A DNA stretch of 64,000 bases from an uncultured Actinomycetota bacterium. GTDB taxonomy: Bacteria; Actinomycetota; Actinomycetes; Propionibacteriales; Propionibacteriaceae. Position numbers and translations under genes: made by a program. The notes under the pieces are model-generated. The model worked only from the letters and a program-made list of their open reading frames with translations. It did not search any database and had not been told where the DNA came from. Of this stretch, positions 48,348 through 59,517 are shown one piece after another; within the stretch, counting starts at the first letter, position 1; every line of letters begins with the position of its first letter. Location: contig CAVXIY010000023.1 in assembly GCA_963761955.1 (NCBI GenBank), positions 29,767 through 93,766 on the forward strand, read 5' to 3'.

Positions 48348-50029
48348 ATGACTTTCCCCTGGCTCACTGCCCTGGCCGTGCTGCCGGCGCTCGGCGCGGT
48401 GTTCGTGATGCTCTCCGGCCAGCGGCTGGCCAAGCAGGTGGCGCTGGCCGTCTCGGTGATCACCTTCGTGCTCGCGGTGATCATCGCGGTTCAGTTCCGT
48501 CCCGGTGGCGGGATGCAGTTCGCCGAGCAGGTGAGCTGGATCAAGCCGCTGGGCGCCTACTACGCCCTGGGGCTGGACGGCATCGGCCTCACCCTGGTGC
48601 TGCTGGTGGTGATCGTCACCCCGGTGGTGATCATCGCCTCGTGGCGGGACTTCGAGTTGCCCGAGGAGACGCGCCGAGCTGGTCGACGCGATGGCCGGCA
48701 GCGCTTCGGCCGGCTCAGGGCTCGTGGCCACCGGCTCGGGGGTCGTTGCCACCGCGTCAGGACGCGCTGCGACCGGCTCGCGGCGGGCTCGGCCGGCGCG
48801 GGGCACGCTCCGGAGCAAGTGCCGCCCAAGTTCGGCAGCAGCGTGTTCTTCGCCCTGGTGCTGGCGGTGGAATCCAGTGCGCTGTTCTTGTTCCTGGCCA
48901 CCGACGTCTTCTTGTTCTACGTGTTCTTCGAGGTCATCCTCATCCCGATGTACTTCCTGATCGGCGGCTTCGGGCCGGGACCGCGCCGGACGTACGCGGC
49001 GGCCAAGTTCTTGATCTTCGGCCTGCTCGGCGGCTTCGTCATGCTGGCCTCGGTGATCGGCCTCTACGTCCAGTCGGCCAAGGTGGGCGAGGCGAGCTAT
49101 CTGCTGAGCACGCTGAGCCAACTGGACTACGCGACCAACACCGAGCGCTGGCTCTTCCTCGGCTTCATGTTCGCCTTCGCGATCAAGGCGCCGCTGGTGC
49201 CGCTGCACACCTGGCTGCCGGATGCGGCCGAGGAGTCGAGCCCGGCGGCGCCACCATGATGGTCGGCGTGATGGACAAGATCGGCACCTTCGGCATGATC
49301 AGGTTCTGCCTGGGACTGTTCCCCGAGGCCAGCCAGTGGGCCACGCCCGCGGTGCTGATCCTCGCCACCATCTCGATCATCTACGGCGCCGTGCTCGCCA
49401 TCGGCAGCCGCGACATCATGCGCTTCATCGCGTTCACCTCGATCAGTCACTTCGGCTTCATCGTGCTGGGCATCTTCGCCTTCACCAGCCAGAGCCTGGT
49501 GGGCTCGACGCTGTACATGCTCAACCACGGGCTGTCCACGGCCGCGCTGTTCGTCGCCGCCGGCTATCTGATCAAGCGTCGCGGATCGCGCGACATCAAC
49601 GCGTACGGCGGGGTGCAGAAGGTCGCCCCGGTGCTGGCCGGACTGCTGCTGTTCGCCGGCCTGTCCACGTTGTCGCTGCCCGGTCTGTCGAGCTTCGTCT
49701 CGGAGTTCATGGTGCTGGCCGGGACCTTCAGCCGGCACCCGGCGTACGCGGTGATCTCGACGCTGGCGATCGTGCTCGCCGCCCTCTACATCCTGATCAT
49801 GTACCAGCGCACGATGACCGGGCCCGTCACCCCCGAGGTCGCCGACAAGGTCACCGATCTGAACGGCCGGGAGCGGTTCGCCATGGCCCCGCTGGTCCTG
49901 CTGATCGTGGTGCTCGGCCTGTTCCCGAAGCCGATGCTGTCGATCATCGAGCCGACGATCACGGCCACCATGGAGCACGTCGGCGTCACCGACCCGCCAC
50001 CGCGGGTCAGCGCGGAGGGAGGACGCTGA
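48348..50029 (+). CDS. nuoM: NADH-quinone oxidoreductase subunit M (frameshifted, with loop insertion)
   Basis: FYVFFEVILIPMYFLIG, KAPLVPLHTWLPDA and SISHFGF. Confidence 0.95.
48712..48780 (+). repeat. Imperfect 21-bp tandem repeat (3.3 units) inside nuoM
   Basis: ggctcagggctcgtggccacc / ggctcgggggtcgttgccacc / gcgtcaggacgcgctgcgacc / ggctcg. Confidence 0.65.
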
Positions 50030-51625
50030 TGAGCAGCACCTTGATGTTGCTGCCGCTGGATCTCAGCGCGCCGATCATCCACTACCGGCTGCTGGTGCCG
50101 ATCTTGATCATCTTCGGCGCGGCCTGCGTCGGCGTGCTGATCGAGGCCCTGGTGCCCCGCGCGCTGCGCCGGGCCGCCCAACTGGTGATCACCTTCGTGG
50201 CCATCGCGGCGCGGTCTGGTCAGCACGCTGTGGAACTGGTGGTTCGAGGCCGACACGCTCAGCGCCGTCGGATCGCTGGCCCTCGACGGCCCGACCTACT
50301 TCATGTGGACGATCCTGCTGATCTTCTCGGCGGTGTCGATCATGATGTTCGCCGAGCGCAAGATCGAGGTCGGGGCGAGCGCATTCGCCGCGTCGGCCTC
50401 GGCCGTTCCCGGCACCCTCGCCGAGCGGGAGGCGATCGCGGCGCGTTCCGAGCACACCGAGGTGTTCCCGCTGGCGCTGTTCGCGCTGTGCGGGATGATG
50501 ATCTTCCCGGCCTCCAACGACCTGATCACCATGTTCGTCGCCCTGGAGATCTTGTCGCTGCCGCTCTACCTGCTCTGCGGCCTGGCCCGCAAGCGCCGAC
50601 TGCTGTCCCAGGAAGCGGCGCTGAAGTACTTCCTGCTGGGCGCGCTCTCCTCGGCGTTCTACATCTACGGCGCCGCGCTGCTCTACGGCTACTCGGGCTC
50701 CTTCACCCTCTCGGCGATCGACGACGCGCTGCGCAACAGCGTGCAGTCACCAGGTCTGCTGCTCGCCGGCATGGGCCTGCTCGGCGTCGGACTGCTGTTC
50801 AAGTTCGGTGCGGTGCCGTTCCACTCCTGGACCCCGGACGTCTACTCCGGCGCGCCGACGCCGGTCACCGGCTTCATGGCGGCCTGCACCAAGATCGCGG
50901 CCATCGGCGCGCTGATGCGGGTCTTCTACGTCGGGCTCGGTGGCGACCGCTGGGACTGGCAGCCGGTGATGGCGATCGTCGCCATCGCGACGATGGCGGT
51001 CGGCTCGGTGCTGGCGATCACCCAGACCGACGTGAAGCGGATGCTCGCGTACTCCTCGATCGCGCACGCCGGGTTCATCATGACGGCCTTCGTGGGCGCC
51101 TCGCAGGCAGCGACCGGCAGCAAGGCCGGCGCACTGACCAGCGTCTCGTCGGTGATGTTCTACCTGGTCGCGTACGGAGCGGCGACGATCGGCGCGTTCG
51201 CGATGGTCACCATGGTCCGCGACACCAGCGGCGAGGCGACCCTGCTGACCAGTTGGGTCGGGCTCGGGCGCCGCTCGCCGCTGGCCGCGGTGATCTTCTC
51301 GCTCTTCATGCTGAGCTTCGCCGGGATTCCGCTGACCAGCGGCTTCATCGGCAAGTGGGCGGTGTTCGCCGCGGCCTGGAGCGGCGGTGCGCACTGGCTC
51401 GTCGTGGTGGCCGTGGTGATCAGCGTGATCGCGGCGTTCTTCTACGTCCGGGTCATCGTCTTGATGTTCTTCTCCGAGCCGAGTGGCGCCGACACCCAGG
51501 TCGTCCGGCCCGGTTGGACCACGCTCGCGGCGGTCGGAGTTGGAGCGGTCGCTACGTTGGCCTTCGGAGTCTTCCCCGGACCGCTGCTGGAACTGGCCCA
51601 GCACGCCGGGGAATTCATCCGGTAG
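50029..51625 (+). CDS. nuoN: NADH-quinone oxidoreductase subunit N (frameshifted)
   Basis: EAALKYFLLG, FK.GAVPFHSWTPDVY.GAP and KRMLAYSSIAHAG. Confidence 0.96.
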
Positions 51626-51653
51626 CAGGCCGGCGCAGGCGAGGTGGAGGGAC

Positions 51654-52634
51654 ATGCTGGCAGAACAGACCCGTGACGAGGTGTTCGCCGACTCCGTGCG
51701 CGCCCGGCTCAGTGAGATCGAGTCGGCCCTGCTGGCGGCGGCGGAGGCGGACTCCGCCATGGTCACCGAGGCTGCGCAGCACATCATCGCCGCCGGCGGG
51801 AAGAGGTTTCGGCCGCTCCTGGTGGTGATCGGCGCCCATCTCGGTCCGGCTGCGGTCGAGGAGGACGTGATCAAGGCCGCCGTCGTCGTCGAGCTGACGC
51901 ACGTGGCCAGCCTCTATCACGACGACGTGATGGACGAGGCCGGGATGCGCCGCGGCTCCGAGAGCGCCAACGCGCGCTGGGGGAACACGGTCGCGATCCT
52001 GGTCGGCGATCTGCTCTTCGCGCGCGCGTCCGACATCGTCTCCGACCTCGGTCCGGAGTTCGTCCGGCTCCAGGCGCGGACGTTCTCCCGGCTCGTCCAG
52101 GGTCAGATCGCCGAGACCGTCGGCCCGGGTCCCGAACACGATCCGCTCGACCACTACCTCAAGGTCGTCGCCGACAAGACCGGCTCGTTGATCGCCACCT
52201 CCGCGCTGTTCGGCTCCAAGCTGTCCGCCGCCGCTCCCCAGGTGCAACAGGTGATGGCGGACTTCGGCGAGCAGATCGGCGTGATCTTCCAGCTCAGCGA
52301 CGACATCATCGACATCACCAGCGACGTGACCGGCAAGACGCCGGGCACCGACCTCCGCGAGGGCATCCCGACCCTGCCGACCCTGCTGGCCCGCCGGTCG
52401 ACCGATCCCGCCGACGCCCGGCTGCTCGAGCTCCTCGACTCCGACCTGCGCTCCGACGACGCCCTCGCCGAAGTCCTGGCCCTGCTCCGCCGCCACCGCT
52501 GCATCGACGAGGCCCGCGCCGAAGTCCGCCGTCGCGCCGACCTCGCCCGCCTGATGCTCGAACCCCTCCCCCTCGGCCCGGCCCGCTCCGCCCTCGAAGA
52601 GCTCTGCGACACCGTCGTCACCCGCTCCGCCTGA
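51654..52634 (+). CDS. Polyprenyl (heptaprenyl-type) diphosphate synthase
   Basis: GGKRFRP, HDDVMDEA..RRG and FQLSDDIID. Confidence 0.93.
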   Translation: MLAEQTRDEVFADSVRARLSEIESALLAAAEADSAMVTEAAQHIIAAGGKRFRPLLVVIGAHLGPAAVEEDVIKAAVVVELTHVASLYHDDVMDEAGMRRGSESANARWGNTVAILVGDLLFARASDIVSDLGPEFVRLQARTFSRLVQGQIAETVGPGPEHDPLDHYLKVVADKTGSLIATSALFGSKLSAAAPQVQQVMADFGEQIGVIFQLSDDIIDITSDVTGKTPGTDLREGIPTLPTLLARRSTDPADARLLELLDSDLRSDDALAEVLALLRRHRCIDEARAEVRRRADLARLMLEPLPLGPARSALEELCDTVVTRSA

Positions 52635-52673
52635 CCTGCCGCGCCGCCCCGCACGCCCTCCTCCCGTACCCGG

Positions 52674-52758
52674 TGTCGGTTTTGCACGGTACGTGTTAAA
52701 CCGTCGCTTACCGCGGCGAATTTGATGCGGTAGGCGACCAGTTGCCGCGGTGAGTGGC
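52674..52758 (+). repeat. Left arm of long inverted repeat
   Basis: 52674-52736 is the reverse complement of 53892-53954 with 3 mismatches in 63 bp; the inner 12 bp (52747-52758) matches 11/12. Confidence 0.92.
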
Positions 52759-52775
52759 TCGGGCGAACGCGGCGT

Positions 52776-52817
52776 CTGTCCACAGGCCGATGGGGTACGC
52801 CGCGGCGTTCATCCACA
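52776..52817 (+). promoter_or_regulatory. Two DnaA-box-like 9-mers (CTGTCCACA, TCATCCACA)
   Basis: Each is 8/9 to TT(G/A)TCCACA; same orientation at 52776-52784 and 52809-52817. Confidence 0.45.
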
Positions 52818-52867
52818 GATTCCGCGAGCAGCGGCACGAAACGCCTCCGCGTACGCAAACTCACGGC

Positions 52868-53854
52868 ATGGAAAACGAGACACTCTGGGACCTGACCCGG
52901 ACCAACGGAGGCTTCTTCAGTCGCGCCGACGCGTTGCGCTGCGGTGCCACGGATCGCCAACTGCGGATCGCCCTGCGTCAGGGCGATGTGGTGCGGCTTC
53001 GACACGGCATGTACGCCAACGCCGAGGAGGTCAGCCCGCTGGACGCGAACGCGCGGCACCTCCTGCTCGCCCGCGCCGTCGTGGCCTGCCAGGAGGGCCC
53101 GGTCGCGCTGACCGGGCCGTCGGCTGCGGTGCTTGCACGGGTTCACCGTCTACGGGCACGACCTCGAAACGGTCCATCTCATCCGGCTCGACCGAGGCAC
53201 TGGACGCCGGCAGGCCGGGGTCAACCATCACGAGTCGATGACCGACTTGAGCGGCGCCATCGAGATGAGGCACGGGCTGGCGACGATCAACGCCGCCCGG
53301 ACCGTGTGGGAGATGGGGCGCATGTCCGACCTCGAAGGCGGCGTCTGCACGGCGGATTCGGCGCTCCGCCTGATGCCTGAGCTGCGCGGACGCCGATCGA
53401 AGAACTCGCTGAGCGGTACCACCGGTATCCGGACGCGAACAGAGCGAGGCTGGTCATCCGACTCGCTGACGGTCGGTCTGGTTCAGCCGGCGAGTCGGTC
53501 ACCCGAGTCCAGTTCTATCGCTACAGCGTGCCGAAGCCGGACCTGCAATTCGAGGTGCGCGGTCGCGACGGTGAGTTTCTCGGCTTCTCCGACTGGGGTT
53601 GGGACGGCCACCGTCACCTCGGCGAGTTCGACGGCAAGGTCAAGTACCTGAAGTATCTCCGGGAGGGCGAGACGCCCAGCGCGTGCGTCTTCCGCGAGAA
53701 GCGACGCGAAGATGCCATGCGGGCGGAGTACTTCGGCATGTCGCGCTTCGTCTGGGAGATGGTGATGCCTCGCTCGGCCCGCCGCACCATGGAGCGTCTT
53801 CGCTACGACCTCGAGCAGTCGCGCCGCCTCTACGTCATCGGTCGCGCCGCCTGA
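52868..53854 (+). CDS. AbiEi-type N-terminal HTH protein with C-terminal Vsr/DUF559-like domain (2 frameshifts)
   Basis: GFFSRADAL..G, VRLRHGMY, SAAVLHG, ARTVWE, ADSALR, DGRSGSAGESVTR, P.LQFEV, GEFDGKVKY and EKRRED. Confidence 0.85.
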
Positions 53855-53869
53855 TTCTGCTGGCCGCAC

Positions 53870-53954
53870 GCCACTTACCGCACGATGTTGCCGCTTACCG
53901 CATCAAATTTGCCGCGGTAGGCGACGGTTTAACACGTACCGTGCAAAACCGACA
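53870..53954 (-). repeat. Right arm of long inverted repeat
   Basis: Reverse complement of 52674-52758. Confidence 0.92.
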
Positions 53955-53995
53955 TGGTCCCGGCCGGAGCGCGATGCCACGGTTACAGTGCGGTG

Positions 53996-54458
53996 ATGAA
54001 CGAGCAGCCCTGGTCGGACGCCGTGGTCGAGTACGGACGGATCCTGGTGGTCACCGACAACCCGATCAGCCGGGCGCTGGCCGAACTCGGCGCGACCATC
54101 GGACGCGAGGTGCGGATCCTGCCCGACGACTCCGCCCTGGTCGATCTCGAGCAGGCCGGGCTGCGCAGCGCCGATGCGGTGGTGCTCTGCGATCATGATC
54201 ATCCCGATCGCGACCGGATGCTGCGCACGGCACTGACCGGGCCGGCCGGGTACGTGGCCATGCTGGGCAGTCGGACGCAGGGCGCAACGCACGTTCGACG
54301 ATCTGGCCCGGGAGCTGCCCGACGAGACTCTGGCCAAGCTCCGGGTGCCCGCCGGGCTCAACATCGGGGGCAAGCATCCCGGCGAGATCGCCCTCTCCGT
54401 GCTGGCCGAGATCGTCGCGTTCTCCCACGGTCGCGACGGCGCGCCCATGCGTCGCTGA
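53996..54458 (+). CDS. XdhC-family C-terminal (Rossmann) domain protein (frameshifted)
   Basis: VVLCDHD, GYVAMLGSR and PAGLNIGG..PGEIALSVLAEIV. Confidence 0.85.
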
Positions 54459-54461
54459 TCG

Positions 54462-55427
54462 TCAGCTGTTCAGCGACTCGCGGAACGAGCAGTCGTACGC
54501 CGAGCTGACCGGATCGTCGAGGCTCCGGATGAACACCGCGTGGAAGTCGCTCCGCCCCGAATCGAGCAGAGCCCGCCAGGCTTCCAGATTGGGATGGCTG
54601 ATGCCCGGGCACTGCTCCGCCGGGCTCAGCAGCGTGATCGCCCAGCCGAGCTGCTGCCGGCTCACCGGCACCGTTGCCGTCGACCGTCGTGCTTGATCAC
54701 CGAGGCCGAGCGCGACCGCCGCCAGCCCATGGCGGCCGCCGGGCCGATTGAGCACCGGCTGCGCCTCGTCATCGACGACCGTCCAGGCGACCGGCGGCGA
54801 CCACCCGTCGATGCTCGCGGCGATCCGTTCGCGGATCCGGGCGAGGCCGTCCAGACTCGACCAGTCCTCTGACGGCACGTCGAAGTCGTAGGCCGGGAGC
54901 CCGTCGATGCTGACCGGGTTCTTCTGCCGTCGGTAGTCCGCCGACCCTTCGACTCCTTTGCGGGCGAAGAACGGCGCCACCAGATCGCGCTCGCCGACGT
55001 GGTCCATCAGCGGCACCGTCCAGCCGCAGGAGTCCGAGACCCGTTCGACGTCGACGATGATCACCGCTCGGGCTCCCGGTACGTCGGCGAAGCGGCCCGC
55101 CCACTCCGCATACTCGTCGTCGTAGATCGTCACCACGCGTCCGGTGCCGTGCAGCCGGACGATCTTCGGCGGCCCGCTGAAGGCGCACCACATCAGGGTG
55201 ATCCGGCCGTTCTCCCGGAGGTGGGCGACGGTCTCCGCACCGCTGCCGCTCAGGTCGAGCCAGGCGAATCTCAGGTCCTCGACCACGCACGAGGTGCCGG
55301 CGACGCCGCGCGGGGAGATGTTGACGTGGCCATCGGGCGACAGCGGTGCAGTGGCGACGAAGAACATCGGCTGGCGTTCGATGAACGCTCGCAGCCGGCC
55401 GTCGATCCGGTCGTAGACCTTGCTCAT
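54462..55427 (-). CDS. Pyridoxamine 5'-phosphate oxidase-like FMN-binding protein with C-terminal extra domain
   Basis: FIERQPMFFVATAP, NISPRG, GSGAETVAHLRENGRITLMWCAF and SCGWTVP. Confidence 0.85.
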   Translation of the reverse strand: MSKVYDRIDGRLRAFIERQPMFFVATAPLSPDGHVNISPRGVAGTSCVVEDLRFAWLDLSGSGAETVAHLRENGRITLMWCAFSGPPKIVRLHGTGRVVTIYDDEYAEWAGRFADVPGARAVIIVDVERVSDSCGWTVPLMDHVGERDLVAPFFARKGVEGSADYRRQKNPVSIDGLPAYDFDVPSEDWSSLDGLARIRERIAASIDGWSPPVAWTVVDDEAQPVLNRPGGRHGLAAVALGLGDQARRSTATVPVSRQQLGWAITLLSPAEQCPGISHPNLEAWRALLDSGRSDFHAVFIRSLDDPVSSAYDCSFRESLNS

Positions 55428-55478
55428 CGGTCAAGTCTCGCCCAGGTCGGCTGTGCTTGGCGACCGCGATTCGGCCCG

Positions 55479-56090
55479 TCAGCTTCGCCCGGCGAGCACC
55501 ACCTCAGTGTTCCGATCGTGATCGATCGAATCGCCGCCCTCGATCAGGAAGTCGGCGTCCAGCCAGGGCTGATGCTCGGCGACGTACGCGTTCTCCTCGA
55601 CCATCCAGCGCAGATAGCCCGACGGCGTGGTCTCGCCGGCCGCGATCCGCACCGCGTCGCGCGCCGCCCGGGTCGGTTCGTCGGTCTCCACCCAGATGAC
55701 CACATCGAGCTCACCGCGGACCGACGGCTGGCTGGCGCCGACGCCTTCGATGATCAAGAAGTCCAGCTCGCCGGCCAACTCGACCGCACCCTCGCGCCGG
55801 CGCTGCTCCCAGGCCGGCGGCCGATAGCGCAGCGGCCGGCCCGACCGGACCACCGGCAGCACGTCGTTGATCAACAAGACATCCCAGGCGAAGACGCCCT
55901 GATGCCAGGCGATGTCGTCGGTGTGCAACACGTCGGAGGAATCCAGGGCGGCCGCCAACCGCCGAGCCAGCGTCGTCTTGCCGCTCGAGCTGTGCCCGTT
56001 CACGGCGATCATCGCCGGCCGGGCGGTCGCTCGAACGCGGATCTGGTGAACAAGATCATCGAGCGGGCGTACCCGCCAGTCGAGATTCAC
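55479..56090 (-). CDS. Uridine-kinase-like P-loop protein
   Basis: IAVNGHSSSGKTT, HTDD and IIEGVGA; GTG start overlaps the upstream stop. Confidence 0.8.
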   Translation of the reverse strand: MNLDWRVRPLDDLVHQIRVRATARPAMIAVNGHSSSGKTTLARRLAAALDSSDVLHTDDIAWHQGVFAWDVLLINDVLPVVRSGRPLRYRPPAWEQRRREGAVELAGELDFLIIEGVGASQPSVRGELDVVIWVETDEPTRAARDAVRIAAGETTPSGYLRWMVEENAYVAEHQPWLDADFLIEGGDSIDHDRNTEVVLAGRS

Positions 56091-58052
56091 CAGATCTTCA
56101 CGCGTTGATCTTCGTCCAGCCACAGCGCGTCGTCGGGGCCGACGTCGAACGCGTCGTAGAACTCGTCGATGTTGGAGACGATCTGGTTGCACCGGAACTC
56201 CGCCGGTGAGTGCGGGTCGGTCGCCAGCCGCTGCAGCAGCATCTCGGTGCGGATCTTGGTCTGCCAGACCGCGGCCCAGCTCAAGAACAGCCGCTGCAGG
56301 GGGGTGTAGCCGTCGCGGTCCGGCTCGTCGTCGTCGGCCCGAGCGATCCGATAGGCCTTGCAGGCAATGGAAAGGCCGCCAAGATCACCGATGTTCTCCC
56401 CGATGGTGAGCTTCCCGTTGACGTGACGACCCGGCGCCTGCGCCGGCTCGAGCTTGTCGTACTGCTCGACCAGCGCGCCGGTCAGCTCCTCGAAGGCCTC
56501 GCGATCCTTCTCGGTCCACCAGTCCCGCAGCGCCCCGTCGCCGTCGCAGGTCGACCCTTGATCATCGAAGCCGTGCCCGATCTCGTGCCCGATCACGGCT
56601 CCGATGCCGCCGTAGTTGACCGCATCGTCCGCGTGCTCGTTGAAGAATGGCGGCTGCAGGATCGCTGCCGGGAAGACGATCTCGTTCTTCAGCGGGTGGT
56701 AGTACGCGTTGACCGTCTGCGGGGTCATCAGCCATTCCTCGCGGTCGATCGGCTGGCCGATCTTGTTCAGCGAACGGTCGAGTTCGAAGCTGGCGACCCG
56801 CATCACGTTGCCGATCAGGTCATCCGGCGCGATCTCCAGCGCGGAATAGTCGCGCCACTTGCTCGGGTAGCCGATGTGCGGCCGGAACTTCGCCAGCTTG
56901 GCCAGCGCCTCGTCCTTGGTCTCGGCCGTCATCCAGTCCAGATCGGTGATCGACTGGCGGTAGGCCTCGATGAGGTTGGCGACGAGGTTGTCCATCCGCT
57001 CCTTGGCGGCCGGGGAGAAGTGCTGCTCGACGTAGGCCTTGCCGACCGCCTCGCCCAGCGCGCCCTCGACCAGCGCCACCCCGCGCTTCCAACGCTGCCG
57101 CAGTTCCGGCGTGCCCGACAGCACGGTGCCGTAGAAGCCGAAATTGCCGTCCACGAAGGCCTCCGACAGGTACGAGGCCAGGGAGTTGATCACCCGCCAC
57201 TTCGCCCACGCCTGCCAGGCCGGCAGCCGTTCCGGCGTGATCAGGGCCGACACCTCGCCGAAGAACGACGGCTGCATCACCACGAGCTCACTCATCGCGG
57301 CCTCGTCGATCCGGGCGCCGGCGAGGAACTCACGCCAGTGCAGATCGGGGTAGCTGGCGATGAACTCGTCCAGCGGCAGCAGGTTGTACATCTGCCGGAT
57401 GATCACGGCAGCGCACCTTGTCCCAGTGCGTGCCGGCGATCAACGTCTCGAGGTCGAGGACCCGCTGCGCCTGGGCGGCGGGATCGTCGACGCCGGCCAG
57501 CTCGAACGACGCGGCGATGTGATCTTGATACTGGGCCCGGATCTCGGCGTAGGTGTCGAGCCGGTAGTACTCCTCATCGGGCAGTCCGATCCCGCCCTGA
57601 CCGGCGAACATCACGTAGCGGTTGGGATTGCCGGGGTCGGACTCGGTGTCCACGCCGATCAGCCCGCTGACCGCGGACCGGGCGAAGCTCCCGAGCAGCC
57701 GGATGAACTCCGTAGGCGTCTCCACCGCATCCACCGCGGCGAGCAGCGGGGACAGCGGCTGCGCTCCGGCCGCTTCGATCGCCGACTCGTCCATGAAGCT
57801 GGCGTAGAGATCGGCGATCTTGGTCTGCTCCGGACGCGATTCATCCGGCTCGATGGTGGTGATGATGTCGCGTACCGCCGCCTCGGCGTTGTCCCGAAGG
57901 GCGATGAACGCGCCGGTCATCGGCTTGTCCGCCGGTATCTCGGTGACCTCGAGCCAATGGCCGTTGACGTGGCGGAACAGGTCGTCCTGCACCCGGGTAT
58001 CGGGGTCGAACGAGGAGAAGTCGATCGCCGGCGCGGTCGCAGAATCAGTCAT
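56087..58052 (-). CDS. M13 family zinc metallopeptidase, Zmp1/PepO-like (frameshift near 57405)
   Basis: QDDLFRHVNG.W, VNAYY, GHEIGHGFDDQG, GENIGDLGG and DPHSP. Confidence 0.95.
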
Positions 58053-58095
58053 CCGGCCATGGTACTGAGCCGTGGCGGCGCGACCGGCCACCCGG

Positions 58096-59462
58096 CTACA
58101 AGGCCACCCAGATCACCTTGCCGCTCGGCTTGACCGCGGACACGTTCGCGCCCACCGCGCCGCTTGACCCCGCCGGAGCAGGTGGCCGCCCGGCCGCTCG
58201 AGGTGCAGTTGGCGTTCATCTCGACGTTGATCTTGATCCGCACCGTCGCCAGGGTGCTGATCAGACTGACCTTGGCCCTGCGGAAGGGATCCGGACCCTT
58301 CTCGGTCCACTTGATCGTGCTCGTGGTGATCTTGAAGCTGCCGGTGGTCAGGCCGAAGGGGCAGCCCTTGGGTGCGACCTTCTTCTGCTTGAGGCACTTC
58401 GAATAGCTCCGCTCGGCCGCATTCGTCACCGACGTCGTGCCGGCCTTGGTCAGGCTCAGCTTGATTCCGCTGGTGCTCGGCAGGTCACTGGGACCCCTGA
58501 CGAGGATGGTGTTCTTGGATCCGTAGCTGACCGTCTTCCGGCCCGAGGTGAGCGCGTACGAGCCGGGGAAGACCGAGACGACGTCGCGACTCACCTTCGC
58601 GCCGTTGATCCTCAGCGTGACGCCCTTGTACCGAACGCCACCGAGGTTCAGGTCGGCGACCACCCGCTGCAACTTCCAGTCGCTGCCGGACTTGATCACG
58701 TCGAACGACTCGGACACGGATTTCTTGCCCAGCTTGTAGGTCGCGTCGACGGTCACGGCGTTCTCGTCGTCCACCGCCGGTACGTTGATGGCCCGCAACG
58801 GAGCGCGCTTGTTGGACTGGGCGAGTACCGAATCCGTGAGCGTGCCGCCCTTGGTGAGTGGTTCGGCCGAGTAGGCGATGGCCGCATCGGCGTCGGCGGC
58901 CGCGAGCGCCTTCAGGTAGCCGGCGACCGCGTCCGAAGCCTTGGCGGCCGGCGGGTGCCGTGGTCGGGGGCGGCGCGGAGGTCGGCGGTTCAGAAGGCGG
59001 CGCAGCAGCGGTCTGGCTGGGATCGGCGGCCTGGGTCTGGGACGCCGACGGCTGGGGCGTGGCGCCGGGATCGTCGCGGTTGGCCAGCACGATGCCGGTG
59101 GTTCCGAGGGCCAGCACGACGGCGGCCGCGGCGGCGATGATGGCGATTCTGGCCTTCGATCGCTTCGGAGGCTCCCGGGGGGTTGGCTGCGGCGCGGCTG
59201 TGGGGGGTATCCGGGCGGTGGTGGCGCACCGTAGGAGCCGGGCGGTGGTCCACCCTGCGGCCCGCCCGGCTGGGATCCGGGTGCGAACGGCCCGAACGTA
59301 TAGCCCGAGCCCGTGCGGCGGTCCGCCGGCCGGCGGTTGCTGGGGGTATCCATACGGCCCGCCGGCGCTGGGCTGCCCGGACGGCGTGCCGCCCTGGCCG
59401 GGATTCGGGCCCTGCCCTGGCTGACCTGGATACGGTCCGCCGTACGGATTATCTGAACTCAT
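58096..59462 (-). CDS. Membrane-anchored protein with Pro/Gly-rich N-terminus (frameshifted)
   Basis: PYGGPYPGQPGQG N-terminus, TM IAIIAAAAAVVLALG, then a Lys/Ser-rich extracellular region with Cys pairs. Confidence 0.7.
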
Positions 59463-59517
59463 CTCACTCCTGACCCAAATCCCCAACTGATGCAGCGAAC
59501 TCTAACGAGCAATCCGG

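Noticed and set aside
52776-52817. Replication origin
   Set aside because: Only two imperfect boxes, no dnaA/dnaN and no AT-rich unwinding region.
52674-53954. Classical IS element or complete type IV toxin-antitoxin pair
   Set aside because: No transposase motifs, no target-site duplication, and no AbiEii nucleotidyltransferase partner.
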